Shown one piece after another: positions 63,636-64,000 of a DNA stretch of 64,000 nt. The notes below the pieces were generated by a model. The model worked only from the letters and a program-made list of their open reading frames with translations, was not told where the DNA came from and made no database searches. This DNA is from an uncultured Solirubrobacteraceae bacterium (GTDB lineage: Bacteria > Actinomycetota > Thermoleophilia > Solirubrobacterales > Solirubrobacteraceae): positions 1 through 64,000 of the forward strand of contig CAZPQW010000008.1 in the NCBI GenBank assembly GCA_964588985.1, read 5' to 3'. A program made the translations under genes and the position numbers. Numbering within the stretch: position 1 is the stretch's first letter; each line of letters begins with the position of its first letter.

Positions 63636-64000
63636 GCCCGGTCGATCGCACCACGAGCGCGACGGGAGGCCCGGTGGGCCTCGTGGGACAGCGGTCGCGT
63701 CGCGCCGACTCGGGGCGTCCCCGCGACCCCGCGGCTGTCGGCTCGACGCCCTGGGCGGTGGACGCGCCCGAGAGACCCACGCGACGGCTGCTGAGCATCG
63801 TGATCCCCGCGTACAACGAGCAGGACAACATCCAGCGCGTCTACGACCGCCTCGGCGCGGCCCTCGACGGGCTCGATCTCGAGTGGGAGCTGATCTTCAG
63901 CGTCGACCCGTGCACCGACAGCACCGAAGAGCTGATCCTGCGTCTGTGCGCTCAGGACGCACGGGTGAAGATGCTCCGCTTCTCGCGCCGGTTCGGCCAG
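63632..64000 (+). CDS. Glycosyltransferase family 2 (runs off the window)
   Basis: ATGA overlap; LLSIVIPAYNEQDNI...ELIFSVDPCTDST...RFSRRFGQ; no stop before 64000. Confidence 0.85.
   Translation, partial: MSPVDRTTSATGGPVGLVGQRSRRADSGRPRDPAAVGSTPWAVDAPERPTRRLLSIVIPAYNEQDNIQRVYDRLGAALDGLDLEWELIFSVDPCTDSTEELILRLCAQDARVKMLRFSRRFGQ

Noticed and set aside
1-64000. tRNA, rRNA or CRISPR array
   Set aside because: No cloverleaf with T-loop and acceptor stem, no rRNA-like tract and no regularly spaced repeat-spacer array seen by eye; a divergent tRNA could have been missed.

Overview
High-GC actinobacterial chromosome segment; the surface-protein families suggest Thermoleophilia/Solirubrobacterales (inference). 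Housekeeping content: mrp, a PAC2 protein, a yhaM-like nuclease, a pilB/gspE ATPase, glycosyltransferases, pstSCAB, tatA, otsB, polX, ppm1, trxA and ileS. Accessory content: a small toxin-antitoxin/defence-like islet (13.4-16.6 kb), four nested IS elements (38.2-43.5 kb), and a surface-protein island (33.9-58.9 kb) with a ~3.6-kb duplication. Two observations stand out. (1) A translationally coupled operon joins a lysyl-tRNA synthetase homologue, altered in its lysine pocket and anticodon-binding domain, to B12-dependent lysine 5,6-aminomutase (kamD, kamE) and kamB. (2) Four paralogous secreted-protein genes each carry 14-15 TTA codons. Thirteen positions are invariably TTA and never exchange with other Leu codons, many sit on one face of predicted beta-strands, and variable positions exchange with Arg (CGT) and Lys (AAA). 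All four genes also share a promoter motif and a TTA-containing leader ORF. Together these suggest, as a hypothesis, that UUA is decoded as a lysine-derived non-canonical residue such as 2,5-diaminohexanoate; bldA-like translational control is the main alternative. No tRNA gene was seen in the window. All comparisons were made by eye, without database searches.
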